A stretch of DNA of 28,107 bases. It comes from a virus. Taxonomy: Duplodnaviria > Caudoviricetes. The translations under genes were made by a program, and so were the position numbers. The notes below the pieces were generated by a model. The model did no database searches, was not told where the DNA came from, and was given only the letters and a program-made list of their open reading frames with translations. Positions 1 through 8,675 of the stretch are shown here, one piece after another (the first letter of the stretch is position 1; each line of letters begins with the position of its first letter). The stretch is taken from positions 1-28,107 of IMG/VR virus record IMGVR_UViG_3300025270_000064, one strand, 5' to 3'.

Positions 1-1443
1 ATCTAAATCAATACCAGTATTATTAACAGTACCCACCATTGTTGGCGAGTCACTATTCATATCTAAATCAAGACCGATATTAGTAGCAGTCTGACCAGAT
101 GCAGTTATACCAGTAGCATCAAAATCAAGATGTAAACTTCTTGTTGTAGCTGTAGTTGTAGCGGTTAGGTTAGAATCAATTAAAGCCGCAATAGCTGGGC
201 CATCTTGCTGTATCGCTAATGTTACTTGAGTATTTGACGCATGGTCGTTTCTCATAGTAACCAATGGGTCCGAACCTGATTCTGCAATATTGCGAGTAAA
301 AAAACCAGCATAACCACCACTGACATCCTGTATGGATTGTATACCATATTTACCTGTAATTTTTATAGCATCGTTACTTGCGGATTCACTATCGACCCTG
401 ATAGCACCAGCGTCATCATCTTGGTCAATAAATAACCGTGCATCATTTAGAACTAAATCATCTTCCGATGTGTCCCATGTCATGTTTGAACTGGCAGTGT
501 CTCCATAAAATATTACATCATAACCTTGGTTATCTGCGCCTATTGTAAGTGTACTGTCTAATTGTACTGCACCATCAATATCAACAGCGTCTAAGTTTGT
601 AATGCCGTCAACGTCTATATTAGCAGAAAAATAAGCGTGTCTACTTGTATCGAAATACAAAGCATAAGCTGGGGAAGAACCATACCATATACCAAATTCT
701 GTACCACCTGTTATTTCATAAGGGTCGCTACTTTCACCTGAAGCATGACCAATTCCCCATTCTAATGCACTTTCTCTATAAAATCTAATAATTCCATGTT
801 TATCAGAATTACCCTTCTTTAAATCAATATATTGGTCTGTTGTAGCCGCTCCAAAAGTTGATGTGCCAGCAACTGCTAACGTACTTGCCATGTCTACCGC
901 GCCATCAATATCAACAATGTCTAAGTTTGCAGTGCCATTAACATCAATATCACCTTCGATATCTACACTATCAGCAACTACTAAATTGCCATCAGCAATA
1001 TCTAAGGCTGTTGCACCGTTTGTACCTGTGATTGTTAGCTTTTCTGCGGATGAATCCCATGTGAAGTTGTCTCCAGCAGTATCACTATAAAATATTACAT
1101 CCGTTCCGCTTCCGTCAGCGCCAACAGTTAATGTACCAGATACATCAAGTGTGCCATTTACATCTATTGCGGTAGCTGTTAAATCAATTTCACTGCCACC
1201 AGCTATACTAAGAACAGAACCGCTGCCTGATATATACTCACCGCCAATATCATTAAAGTATAATTTATTTGTACTAGTTATACGAACACTGTCAGTTGAA
1301 AGTGCTAATGCACTTGACACTCCTACACCATCTTCTATAACTCTTGAATCAGTTGATGTTGCTACTAATCCAGCTGTATTGTCTTCAACATGTAATATTG
1401 AATCATAGGTATCTGCAATTTTTGAACCAGTTAATGTTGCCAT
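1..1443 (-). CDS. Tail fibre / receptor-binding-like virion protein (3'-truncated by window edge, >481 aa)
   Basis: Absent from the ORF track because it has no stop in the window. ATG at 1443 with GGAG upstream; open to base 1: MATLTGSKIADTYDSILHVEDNTAG...NNTGIDLD. G/T/D/S-rich beta-type composition with internal repeats (IDVNGT.., DIDGAV, TLTxGAD..DVIFY.DTA..xTWD). Confidence 0.75.
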   Translation of the reverse strand, partial: MATLTGSKIADTYDSILHVEDNTAGLVATSTDSRVIEDGVGVSSALALSTDSVRITSTNKLYFNDIGGEYISGSGSVLSIAGGSEIDLTATAIDVNGTLDVSGTLTVGADGSGTDVIFYSDTAGDNFTWDSSAEKLTITGTNGATALDIADGNLVVADSVDIEGDIDVNGTANLDIVDIDGAVDMASTLAVAGTSTFGAATTDQYIDLKKGNSDKHGIIRFYRESALEWGIGHASGESSDPYEITGGTEFGIWYGSSPAYALYFDTSRHAYFSANIDVDGITNLDAVDIDGAVQLDSTLTIGADNQGYDVIFYGDTASSNMTWDTSEDDLVLNDARLFIDQDDDAGAIRVDSESASNDAIKITGKYGIQSIQDVSGGYAGFFTRNIAESGSDPLVTMRNDHASNTQVTLAIQQDGPAIAALIDSNLTATTTATTRSLHLDFDATGITASGQTATNIGLDLDMNSDSPTMVGTVNNTGIDLD

Positions 1444-1455
1444 AATATCACTCCA

Positions 1456-1587
1456 TTAAGTCTCTTGTTCCCATACGTTGCCAGATGCTTCCCATAAACC
1501 AAGCTCATTTTCCCAAAACTGCTTTACAGCTGCTACTATTGTTACAGCCAAAGCTGATATTGATGCTCCTAATCCTAAACTTGGCAT
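1456..1587 (-). CDS. Small 43-aa protein (MPSLGLGASISALAVTIVAAVKQFWENELGLWEASGNVWEQET)
   Basis: Below the ORF-track cutoff. ATG overlaps the upstream stop (TAATG at 1589-1585), fills the gap, and its stop abuts the SD of the fibre gene. Confidence 0.7.
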   Translation of the reverse strand: MPSLGLGASISALAVTIVAAVKQFWENELGLWEASGNVWEQET

Positions 1588-1916
1588 TAGCCACCAAAAT
1601 AGATTAAGACTTTATCGCCACCAGTTTGCAAAGTACAAGTATCCCACCTTCCGAAAATTGTTACTCCTGCAGGAAAAGTATCACTACTTGTTAGCGTATC
1701 TCCTCCAGTACCAGGACTTGCTGCTGTAGTTCCAAAATTCTTTTCAGTATCACTAGCTGTTAACTCTGAGAATTCTGTATCTGTCAGCATCGTTATCATA
1801 ATAATTTTCAATCCTGTAGGTGGGGTGTATTGTCCTGTAGTATCTACGAATGCAGATCCAACTTGTCCCAACTGTATATTCTGGGATTCTACTACTGAGT
1901 ACTTGTTTATAGCCAT
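1587..1916 (-). CDS. Small virion-associated protein, paralog of 2018-2323
   Basis: 109 aa, GGGAG SD; shares LGQxG, PxGxTIxGRW and terminal YxG motifs with the neighbouring ORF. Confidence 0.75.
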   Translation of the reverse strand: MAINKYSVVESQNIQLGQVGSAFVDTTGQYTPPTGLKIIMITMLTDTEFSELTASDTEKNFGTTAASPGTGGDTLTSSDTFPAGVTIFGRWDTCTLQTGGDKVLIYFGG

Positions 1917-1931
1917 CTTGTTTCTCCCGAT

Positions 1932-1967
1932 AATGCCTTACCGAGCTTGGCAACTCTCATGGGCATT
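1932..1967 (-). promoter_or_regulatory. 5'-UTR stem-loop with purine-rich internal loop
   Basis: RNA: AAUGCC-CAUGA-GAG-UUGCCAAG-CUC-GGUAA-GGCAUU, immediately 5' of the SD of 1587-1916. Confidence 0.4.
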
Positions 1968-2017
1968 TCTGTTTATTTGTTATTTACTATTAAAATTTCT
2001 ATATGTGTTAATTATAC

Positions 2018-2323
2018 CTAGCCTCTGTATACAATCGCTGTATCATTAGCTCCAATAGTTACAGCCGACCATCTACCATAGATAGTACAACCTTCTGGAA
2101 CTTCTAAACTTGATAAACTATCACCTAAATCTGTATTTGCTGACGTAGCTGTAACAGTACCACTTGCAGTATTATCTGCAATTACTTCTGATCCAACCAG
2201 AATTGTTAGTGCAACATAAGTATGAGCATTAACAGTAGCGTTTGTTACTATATCCCAGCCACCTTGTCCAAGCAGAAGACTTATGCCTTCTGAACTAGTA
2301 TATTGACCTATTCCTATTGCCAT
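2018..2323 (-). CDS. Small virion-associated protein, paralog of 1587-1916
   Basis: 101 aa, GGAG SD; LGQGG...VPEGCTIYGRW...IVYRG. Confidence 0.75.
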   Translation of the reverse strand: MAIGIGQYTSSEGISLLLGQGGWDIVTNATVNAHTYVALTILVGSEVIADNTASGTVTATSANTDLGDSLSSLEVPEGCTIYGRWSAVTIGANDTAIVYRG

Positions 2324-2341
2324 ATCTTTTTCTCCAGCATA

Positions 2342-3037
2342 TTAACGTATTAAAGGGAAACCCTGAATTATGCGTGAACCCATCTGTTTACCAGATTGGT
2401 ACTTCTCAGCAGTTCTTCTAAATTCCCTCATAAAAAATTCTCTCATTTCCAATTCACCTGCATCTTCTGCATACTTTGCCTTAACATAGTATACAACAGC
2501 ATTTGCCAGATATCTTGGTATATCCAACTCATCAGTCTCAGAATCTAATGCATTTACATTATAATATAATGATGGAGTTTCTTCAAATGCTTGCTGAACA
2601 GTAGAACTATCACTGCATTTAGTATACAAAGTAATATATCCTGTACCAGCTGCTTTGACTTTATGCAATCCATTCCACTTACCAGCACTTCTTAATACTA
2701 TATAGCTTCCATCACTTAAACTTTCAGGAGAGGCAGAATAATCATTATCTCCCTGATCTATAAGTTTAAGTAGACCATCAGTTGATACATATGTATCTAT
2801 TTGAGTATCTACTTTATCAGTCTCATTTATGAAATAATTAGGACTGTGTACGTATTGTATCTCCAGGCCATCAGCTACACTTGCTGTAGGGCTTTTCCAT
2901 AGCAAAGCACCAATAACACTAATATCATTCAGTGCAGGCTGCGAAAGGGTCTGCCCACCAGAAAATGTCCAATCCTTCTGGACAACAGCAAGCTTACCCC
3001 CTTTTACATAATATGCATATTCCTTACTAGTTGGCAT
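2342..3037 (-). CDS. Putative head-tail adaptor / tail ring protein, C-terminal-type part with inserted domain
   Basis: Start at MPTSK (3037) or the track's ATG 3043. The C-terminus DELDIPRYLANAVVYYVKAKYAEDAGELEMREFFMREFRR resembles the helical end of podophage adaptor proteins; lies in the structural operon. Confidence 0.55.
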   Translation of the reverse strand: MPTSKEYAYYVKGGKLAVVQKDWTFSGGQTLSQPALNDISVIGALLWKSPTASVADGLEIQYVHSPNYFINETDKVDTQIDTYVSTDGLLKLIDQGDNDYSASPESLSDGSYIVLRSAGKWNGLHKVKAAGTGYITLYTKCSDSSTVQQAFEETPSLYYNVNALDSETDELDIPRYLANAVVYYVKAKYAEDAGELEMREFFMREFRRTAEKYQSGKQMGSRIIQGFPLIR

Positions 3038-3308
3038 CAGCATCCTTCCTGATCGGTTCGCCTATCATTCTTGGTATAGATCTATACTCACTGTCAGCAT
3101 TAAGATGATTAAGGCACCTTATATCCAATACCTTGATCATATCATGTGGAAAGTCATAGAACCTCTGATTCTCGGTTATATCAAACCTTTCCGTATTGAT
3201 ATGGGTTTCGGAGATAGTATTCATCTCTTCGAGAGCGTCTTTGATATATGCTACAGCTCTCCCAGTGTCAGAAACACCAACTCTTTCCATTATTTCTTGT
3301 ACTGTCAT
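3027..3308 (-). CDS. Putative adaptor protein, N-terminal-type part
   Basis: 93 aa; MTVQEIMERV...YIKDALEEM...ITENQRFYDFPHDMIKVLDIRC resembles the N-terminal helices and Y-x-L/F-P-x-D strand of adaptor proteins. Confidence 0.55.
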   Translation of the reverse strand: MTVQEIMERVGVSDTGRAVAYIKDALEEMNTISETHINTERFDITENQRFYDFPHDMIKVLDIRCLNHLNADSEYRSIPRMIGEPIRKDADAN

Positions 3309-3866
3309 CTAAGTTATTGTTACTAACTGTGTAAGCACAGTTGAAGATGATGAAGTACCACCTGCAACGTTATTTGATGCTGCTACATAGTATCCCATAC
3401 TACTACCAAGTGCTGGGGTATGCGGCAAAAATAACGCACCCTTATGTGGTATACTAGCAATAAGAGTATAAGCACCTGATGAATGCTCTACAAACACTGC
3501 TACATACTGATATGTCTTAGTATCAAAATCAGTATCTGTAAATCCAGTATGTTTAATAAACATACCATCATATACAGTATTTTCAGCACCAACTACCTGT
3601 TTTGTACCATCTGCTGCTAAAGAAGTATAAGTAGGAGTACCAGAACTATAATTAGTCACAGTACCAGCTATTTCAATCCCACCAGTAGCTTGAGTTACTG
3701 CAGAAACGCTACTACCTATACTACCACCAACTGCGCTATAATGTCTATAAGCAGTTGCTGCTACATCAGAACCAGCATTATTATTTTCATCATTAGTATA
3801 TGCAGTTGTAGCAGTATACTCATCAACCATATCAACTGACAATGCATATTTTATATGATCTGCCAT
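3309..3866 (-). CDS. Hypothetical virion protein (185 aa, T/S/A/G-rich)
   Basis: AGGAG SD, abuts neighbours, beta-rich structural composition. Confidence 0.7.
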   Translation of the reverse strand: MADHIKYALSVDMVDEYTATTAYTNDENNNAGSDVAATAYRHYSAVGGSIGSSVSAVTQATGGIEIAGTVTNYSSGTPTYTSLAADGTKQVVGAENTVYDGMFIKHTGFTDTDFDTKTYQYVAVFVEHSSGAYTLIASIPHKGALFLPHTPALGSSMGYYVAASNNVAGGTSSSSTVLTQLVTIT

Positions 3867-3869
3867 TTT

Positions 3870-6800
3870 TTATCTCCTGTATTGTTGTTGCTGCTGAGAT
3901 TGCGCCTGAGCAGCAATTGTTCTATTTATCATTTTTGAATTATTCTGAATATACTTAGTTATCTCATCTTGAGCCCAAACATAATACCTATCTGCCTGCT
4001 TTTCATAATGCTGTATATTCTGTACTGTTAAAGTAACTTCCTGTGTTTTATCAGATATCTCTGCCTGATACTTTTGCAGGTTAGCACTATATTCTTGTAA
4101 ATCTGTTGTCCTTTCAGCCTCCCACACACGTAGATCGCCTTCAAGATTTTGCTGATACTCTTGTACTTCAGTAGCTACTTTCAATTGATATTGTTGAAGT
4201 TCAGCAGAATACTTTTGAATCTTACTACTATTGTCAGCAATAACGTCTTCTATCTGTTTTGCTGCATTAGCAAGTGCAAGTGCTTGATCTTGAGCTTTAT
4301 TAAACTTATCAACATCAGTAGCTTGAGCTGATTCTTGCTCTGCATCTGCTCTATCTAATTGAGCTTGAGTTAAAACTTTCTGTAAATCTGAGTTATGTTT
4401 CGCTATTTCAGCTTGTATATTTGCTTGATATCTGACGTTTTCCTTATTGAATTCATTTAACTCATTCTGAATATCAGCCTGGAAAACTGCTATATTATCT
4501 GATTCAGTTTTTTGCCATGCTTGATAAGCTGTATTTACTTCCATTTGATATCTAGATATCTTTTGTGTGTACTCTTGTATCTCTTTACTAATATTAGCTT
4601 GATATGTGGCAGTTTCTGCTTGATATAGTGAAATTTTTCTTTGATTATCATTTACAACAGCCTGCATGTCATTAACACCATTCTGTAATTGTCTCTGTAA
4701 ATCCCTATCTTCATCAGTAGTAGCGGCTTGTAAGTCAGATTGAGCTTGAGCAAGATTAACTTGATTGGCAATCTGAATTTCCTGCATAGATTCCTGAATA
4801 GCAGATTGATAAGCAATATTTTCTTTATTGAACTCATTTAGTTCATTCTGTATATCGCTTCCATATTTCTGTAAGTCTGTTGTTCTCTCTGCTTGCCAAA
4901 CCTGTATATCACCAGCAAGATTTTGTTGATATTGTTGTACTTCTTTATTAATTGTTGCTTGGTATGTTTGAACTTCAGCTTGATACTTTTGAATTTTACG
5001 TGCTTCATGTGCGTCTAATAATTGTGCTTCTTGTAAGTATTCTTGCAGTATAGCTTGATACTTGGCATTTTCCTTATTGAACTCATTCAATTCATTTTGT
5101 ATATCACTGCCATACTTTTGCAAATCTGTCTGTCTTTCCGTCTGCCAGACTTGTATATCACCTTGAAGATTCTGTTGATATTCTTGAACTTGCTTATTCA
5201 CATCTTCACTGTATGTTTGAACTTCTGCTTGATATTTCTGTATCTTGCGAGCTTCATTTTGATCAAGCAACTGTGCTTCTTGTACATATTCTTGTAAGAT
5301 AGCTTGATATTTAACATTATCCTTGTTGAATTCATTTAGTTCATTTTGAATATCACTCGCATATTTTTGCAGATCAGTTTGCCTTTCTGCCTGCCATACT
5401 TGTATATCTCCAGCCAAATTTTGCTGGTACTCCTGTACCTCCTTGTTAACTACTGCCTGATATGTACCAACTTCTGCTTGATAAAGTGCAACCTTTCTAT
5501 TATTGTCCTGAACAATAGCCTGCATATCATTAGTACCATTTTGCAGCTGTCTTTGTTGATCTCTATCTTTATTGGTTGTTGCAAGCTGAAGATCGGATTG
5601 TGCTTTTGCAAGATTAACTCCATTAGCAACTTGAAGTTCTTGTATAGATTCTTGTATAGCAGACTGATACGCTATATTCTCCTTATTAAACTCATTTAAT
5701 TCGTTTTGAATATCACTTGCATACTTTTGTAAATCAGTCTGTCGTTCTGCTTCCCAAACTCTTAAATCCCCTTCAAGATTCTGTTGATATTCTTGAACTT
5801 CTTTAGCCACATCAGCTTGATATTTACTAATATTTGCCTGATATACTTGCAATTCAAGTGTATAATCTTGTATAGATGCCTGTAATGTTTGAGTAGCATT
5901 CTGAATATTAACATTCGTTGAAAGTTGCATTTGCTGTATAGCAGCTGTAGTTGATTGCTGCATTTTAGCAATAGATGCAGATGTGGACTGTTGCATTTTA
6001 GATATAGATGCGTTTACGTCATTAGACGCATTAGCAATAGAAGCTTGTACTAATGTTTGCATAGATGCATTATTAGTTGAGACATCATTAGCAGCATTTG
6101 CAATAGATGCTTGAGTACCATCGTTTGCATTTGATATAGCTACTTGAGTAGCTTGTCTAGCATCTTCAATAGTTGCCTGCATAGCAGCAGTTGAACTCTG
6201 CACTTCTGCTTGAAATGCACTTATATAAGAATTAATTTTTTGTATTTGAGCAGATGCTAATTCAACATCTTCCTCTCCCTCTATAAAATGTCCTATAGTA
6301 GACCACCATTGGTCTACCTCTAGTTGGTCAGCATGAACATCTATAGTATTATCAGTATCTAATATAGATACATCTGTTACTTCATCTCCATCTCCTCCAA
6401 CAGTAGGTTTTGTATAAGCAGATGCCGTTGAAGCCGTTGCGCTTGAAGCAGATGCATCGCCTGGAGCATCTGTATCTGACGTACCAGCAGCATCTGTTGG
6501 GCCATGTGTAATAGAATCAACAGCTTGAGTAATAGCATCTTGAGCTGCACTTACAGCATTACCAACTGAAGCATTTGAATATGAAATTGTTGGACTAGGA
6601 GGAGGAACAGGAGAAATAGCAGAAATAGATAAATCTGAAATCGTAGGTGTAGTCCCTAACGCAAGAACTGGCTTTGTATAGCCTGGAGCACTTCCAGTAT
6701 AAGTACTCGATGCAGCAACAGTTGCAGTTGTAAAAACAGGAGCACTAGCATCTAATGCAGAATCTATACTAGTAAAAGTTACAGATGTCAAAGATGGGAC

Positions 6801-8075
6801 TGCTGGAACTACTGCCGATATACTTAAATCTGAAATTGTAGGAGCTGCCCCCAATGCAATGACTGGTTTAGTATATGTCGGAGCGAAACTAGAAGGATCT
6901 GCAATAACTTGAGCAGATATTGACGGAACTGTTGGTACTACAGAAGTAATAGACAAATCTGAAATTGTTGGGGCAGCTTCTAATGATAATACAGGTTTAA
7001 TATATGTTGGAGCAAAGCTAGAGGGATCAGCAACAACCTGTGCAGATATTGATGGAACTGATGGAGGTACAGCACTAATACTCAAGTCAGATATTGTTGG
7101 AGCCGCTCCTAAAGCTACTACTGGTTTACTATAAGCAGGTGCTGATCCTGTATATACGCTAGATGCAGACAAAGTTGCAGTTGAGATTGTAGGCTTAACC
7201 ACATCTAAAGCGGTATCTACACTAGTAAAAGTAACAGACGTTAAAGATGGTACTGAAGGAGAAACAGATGTTAACGATAACACACCTGGATCACTGTCAC
7301 CAAATGGATTTCTATCCTCACTTTCATTAAAAAAATCTTCAAAAGATATTTGAGTTGGATGTCCTGGCTTTGTATAGCCTGGAACATCACCACTTATATC
7401 AGCTTTTGATACACTAGCTACTGTTATTGCCCCAACAGTAGTCGCACTTGCGTCTGCATTAGTAGCATCTGAATATGAAACTGTACTTATTGACGGTACA
7501 GCAGGTGGTACAGCAGAAACTGATAAATCAGAAATAGTAGGAGCTGCACCTAGTGAAGGAGCAACTGGCACTATAGGGGAGGACCAACTTGGAACAGTGC
7601 CTGTAGCCAGTTTTGCAAATTCCTGAGCAGATGCATGAAAAATAACTGCATTCCTTAAATCACAGTCATCATCTATCTGAGAATAATCCACATAATACAC
7701 ATACCCATCATTGCTTCCACCTGAAGAAGGATCTGGTTTTATGAATACCTTTCCCTGGGCATGATAGTATTTAGGATATAAATTAGTCGCTTTATGTAAA
7801 CTTGCACTATCATCAATCCACTTGCTCATACTGAATGGCACTTCAGAAGCAGGATAACCCTCCCTCTCAACTGCAAGCACACTATCAGCAGTTTGAACAT
7901 CGTATCCATTTGCATCTTGAATAGCTGAAGATTGTGAAGAAGCAAACCAAAGCAAATCTTTAGGAATGCTTGAAGCTATAAATCTTTGAGCAGAAACAAT
8001 AAAATCATCTGAAGCACCGTGTGCGGTTACTCCAGTTATTGAAACTATCTCAACTGATATGTTTGTTGTAGCCAT
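3870..8075 (-). CDS. 1401-aa virion protein: adaptor-like N-domain, six Pro/Ser/Thr-rich repeats, central turn, six Gln/Tyr-rich helical repeats
   Basis: Long ORF; repeats APTISDLS..VP..PS....YxKP and YxSDIQNELNEFNKEN...EYQQNLxGDxxVWxxERxTDLQK are directly visible. Confidence 0.85.
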   Translation of the reverse strand: MATTNISVEIVSITGVTAHGASDDFIVSAQRFIASSIPKDLLWFASSQSSAIQDANGYDVQTADSVLAVEREGYPASEVPFSMSKWIDDSASLHKATNLYPKYYHAQGKVFIKPDPSSGGSNDGYVYYVDYSQIDDDCDLRNAVIFHASAQEFAKLATGTVPSWSSPIVPVAPSLGAAPTISDLSVSAVPPAVPSISTVSYSDATNADASATTVGAITVASVSKADISGDVPGYTKPGHPTQISFEDFFNESEDRNPFGDSDPGVLSLTSVSPSVPSLTSVTFTSVDTALDVVKPTISTATLSASSVYTGSAPAYSKPVVALGAAPTISDLSISAVPPSVPSISAQVVADPSSFAPTYIKPVLSLEAAPTISDLSITSVVPTVPSISAQVIADPSSFAPTYTKPVIALGAAPTISDLSISAVVPAVPSLTSVTFTSIDSALDASAPVFTTATVAASSTYTGSAPGYTKPVLALGTTPTISDLSISAISPVPPPSPTISYSNASVGNAVSAAQDAITQAVDSITHGPTDAAGTSDTDAPGDASASSATASTASAYTKPTVGGDGDEVTDVSILDTDNTIDVHADQLEVDQWWSTIGHFIEGEEDVELASAQIQKINSYISAFQAEVQSSTAAMQATIEDARQATQVAISNANDGTQASIANAANDVSTNNASMQTLVQASIANASNDVNASISKMQQSTSASIAKMQQSTTAAIQQMQLSTNVNIQNATQTLQASIQDYTLELQVYQANISKYQADVAKEVQEYQQNLEGDLRVWEAERQTDLQKYASDIQNELNEFNKENIAYQSAIQESIQELQVANGVNLAKAQSDLQLATTNKDRDQQRQLQNGTNDMQAIVQDNNRKVALYQAEVGTYQAVVNKEVQEYQQNLAGDIQVWQAERQTDLQKYASDIQNELNEFNKDNVKYQAILQEYVQEAQLLDQNEARKIQKYQAEVQTYSEDVNKQVQEYQQNLQGDIQVWQTERQTDLQKYGSDIQNELNEFNKENAKYQAILQEYLQEAQLLDAHEARKIQKYQAEVQTYQATINKEVQQYQQNLAGDIQVWQAERTTDLQKYGSDIQNELNEFNKENIAYQSAIQESMQEIQIANQVNLAQAQSDLQAATTDEDRDLQRQLQNGVNDMQAVVNDNQRKISLYQAETATYQANISKEIQEYTQKISRYQMEVNTAYQAWQKTESDNIAVFQADIQNELNEFNKENVRYQANIQAEIAKHNSDLQKVLTQAQLDRADAEQESAQATDVDKFNKAQDQALALANAAKQIEDVIADNSSKIQKYSAELQQYQLKVATEVQEYQQNLEGDLRVWEAERTTDLQEYSANLQKYQAEISDKTQEVTLTVQNIQHYEKQADRYYVWAQDEITKYIQNNSKMINRTIAAQAQSQQQQQYRR
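4090..6214 (-). repeat. Coding repeats, alpha-helical units of about 164, 120, 83, 83, 127 and 131 aa
   Basis: DIQNELNEFNKxN occurs five times; units counted by hand from the translation. Confidence 0.85.
6404..7570 (-). repeat. Coding repeats, Pro/Ser/Thr-rich units of about 66, 81, 43, 43, 65 and 88 aa
   Basis: Each unit ends in YxKP; five of six contain PTISDLS. Confidence 0.85.
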
Positions 8076-8084
8076 GTTGTTTAT

Positions 8085-8110
8085 AGAAGGGGGCTTGGTA
8101 GCCCCCCTCT
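8085..8110 (-). terminator. GC-rich hairpin after the capsid genes (terminator or attenuator)
   Basis: AGAG-GGGGGCU-ACCA-AGCCCCC-UUCU; weak U-tract; 9 nt before the ATG of the 1401-aa gene. Confidence 0.55.
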
Positions 8111-8149
8111 AATATCCTTATATTGAGATATTACTTCCCAAACTTCGGA

Positions 8150-8665
8150 TTAAACTAACTCTACACTTGCAGCATCAATTCTGAATTCATTATCAGCATG
8201 AGCAGCACTCCAATCAACATTAAGTACTATTTGTAAAGTACCTGTAGTGTCCATTGATGTTAATGCTGTTTGCCCAATAACATGAACTGCACCTAAAGCA
8301 TCAGTTCTGATTTCAGAAATAGCTGTCATAGTTCCAGAACTTCCAATTGCTGTTACATGAACATCAGCCCATGCATAGACAATATCATCGTCATCAACGT
8401 CAAGAGCTGCTCCAGTAGCAATGGCTGTCCCACCAAACTTAAGAATAGGAGTTAAAGTATTTGTACTATTGTTATCAACAACTGTACCAAATACCTTAAT
8501 TCTAACAATATCACCTACCTCAAGCTTATTAGCTGGAATATAGTAGGAGAATATGTCTAAATCATCAGTCGAGTTTTCATGCTCACGACCTGTACCAGCT
8601 TCTGTGAACAACCTTTCGCCAACTCTTTTGTCAAACGAATTTGATCCATATAATGGATTTGCCAT
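8150..8665 (-). CDS. Putative capsid decoration / minor head protein
   Basis: 171 aa, beta-rich, directly downstream of MCP, strong AAGGAG SD, followed by a hairpin. Confidence 0.6.
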   Translation of the reverse strand: MANPLYGSNSFDKRVGERLFTEAGTGREHENSTDDLDIFSYYIPANKLEVGDIVRIKVFGTVVDNNSTNTLTPILKFGGTAIATGAALDVDDDDIVYAWADVHVTAIGSSGTMTAISEIRTDALGAVHVIGQTALTSMDTTGTLQIVLNVDWSAAHADNEFRIDAASVELV

Positions 8666-8675
8666 AGTCTACTCC

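Noticed and set aside
863-2049. ORF-track calls 863-1090, 1151-1408, 1478-1729, 1825-2049 (+) and 1753-1953 (-)
   Set aside because: Antisense or off-frame shadows of real minus-strand structural genes; no SD or plausible composition.
3870-8075. Tape measure protein call for the 1401-aa ORF
   Set aside because: No long-tail tube or chaperone genes nearby, and the Pro-rich half with mirror symmetry does not fit a tape measure.
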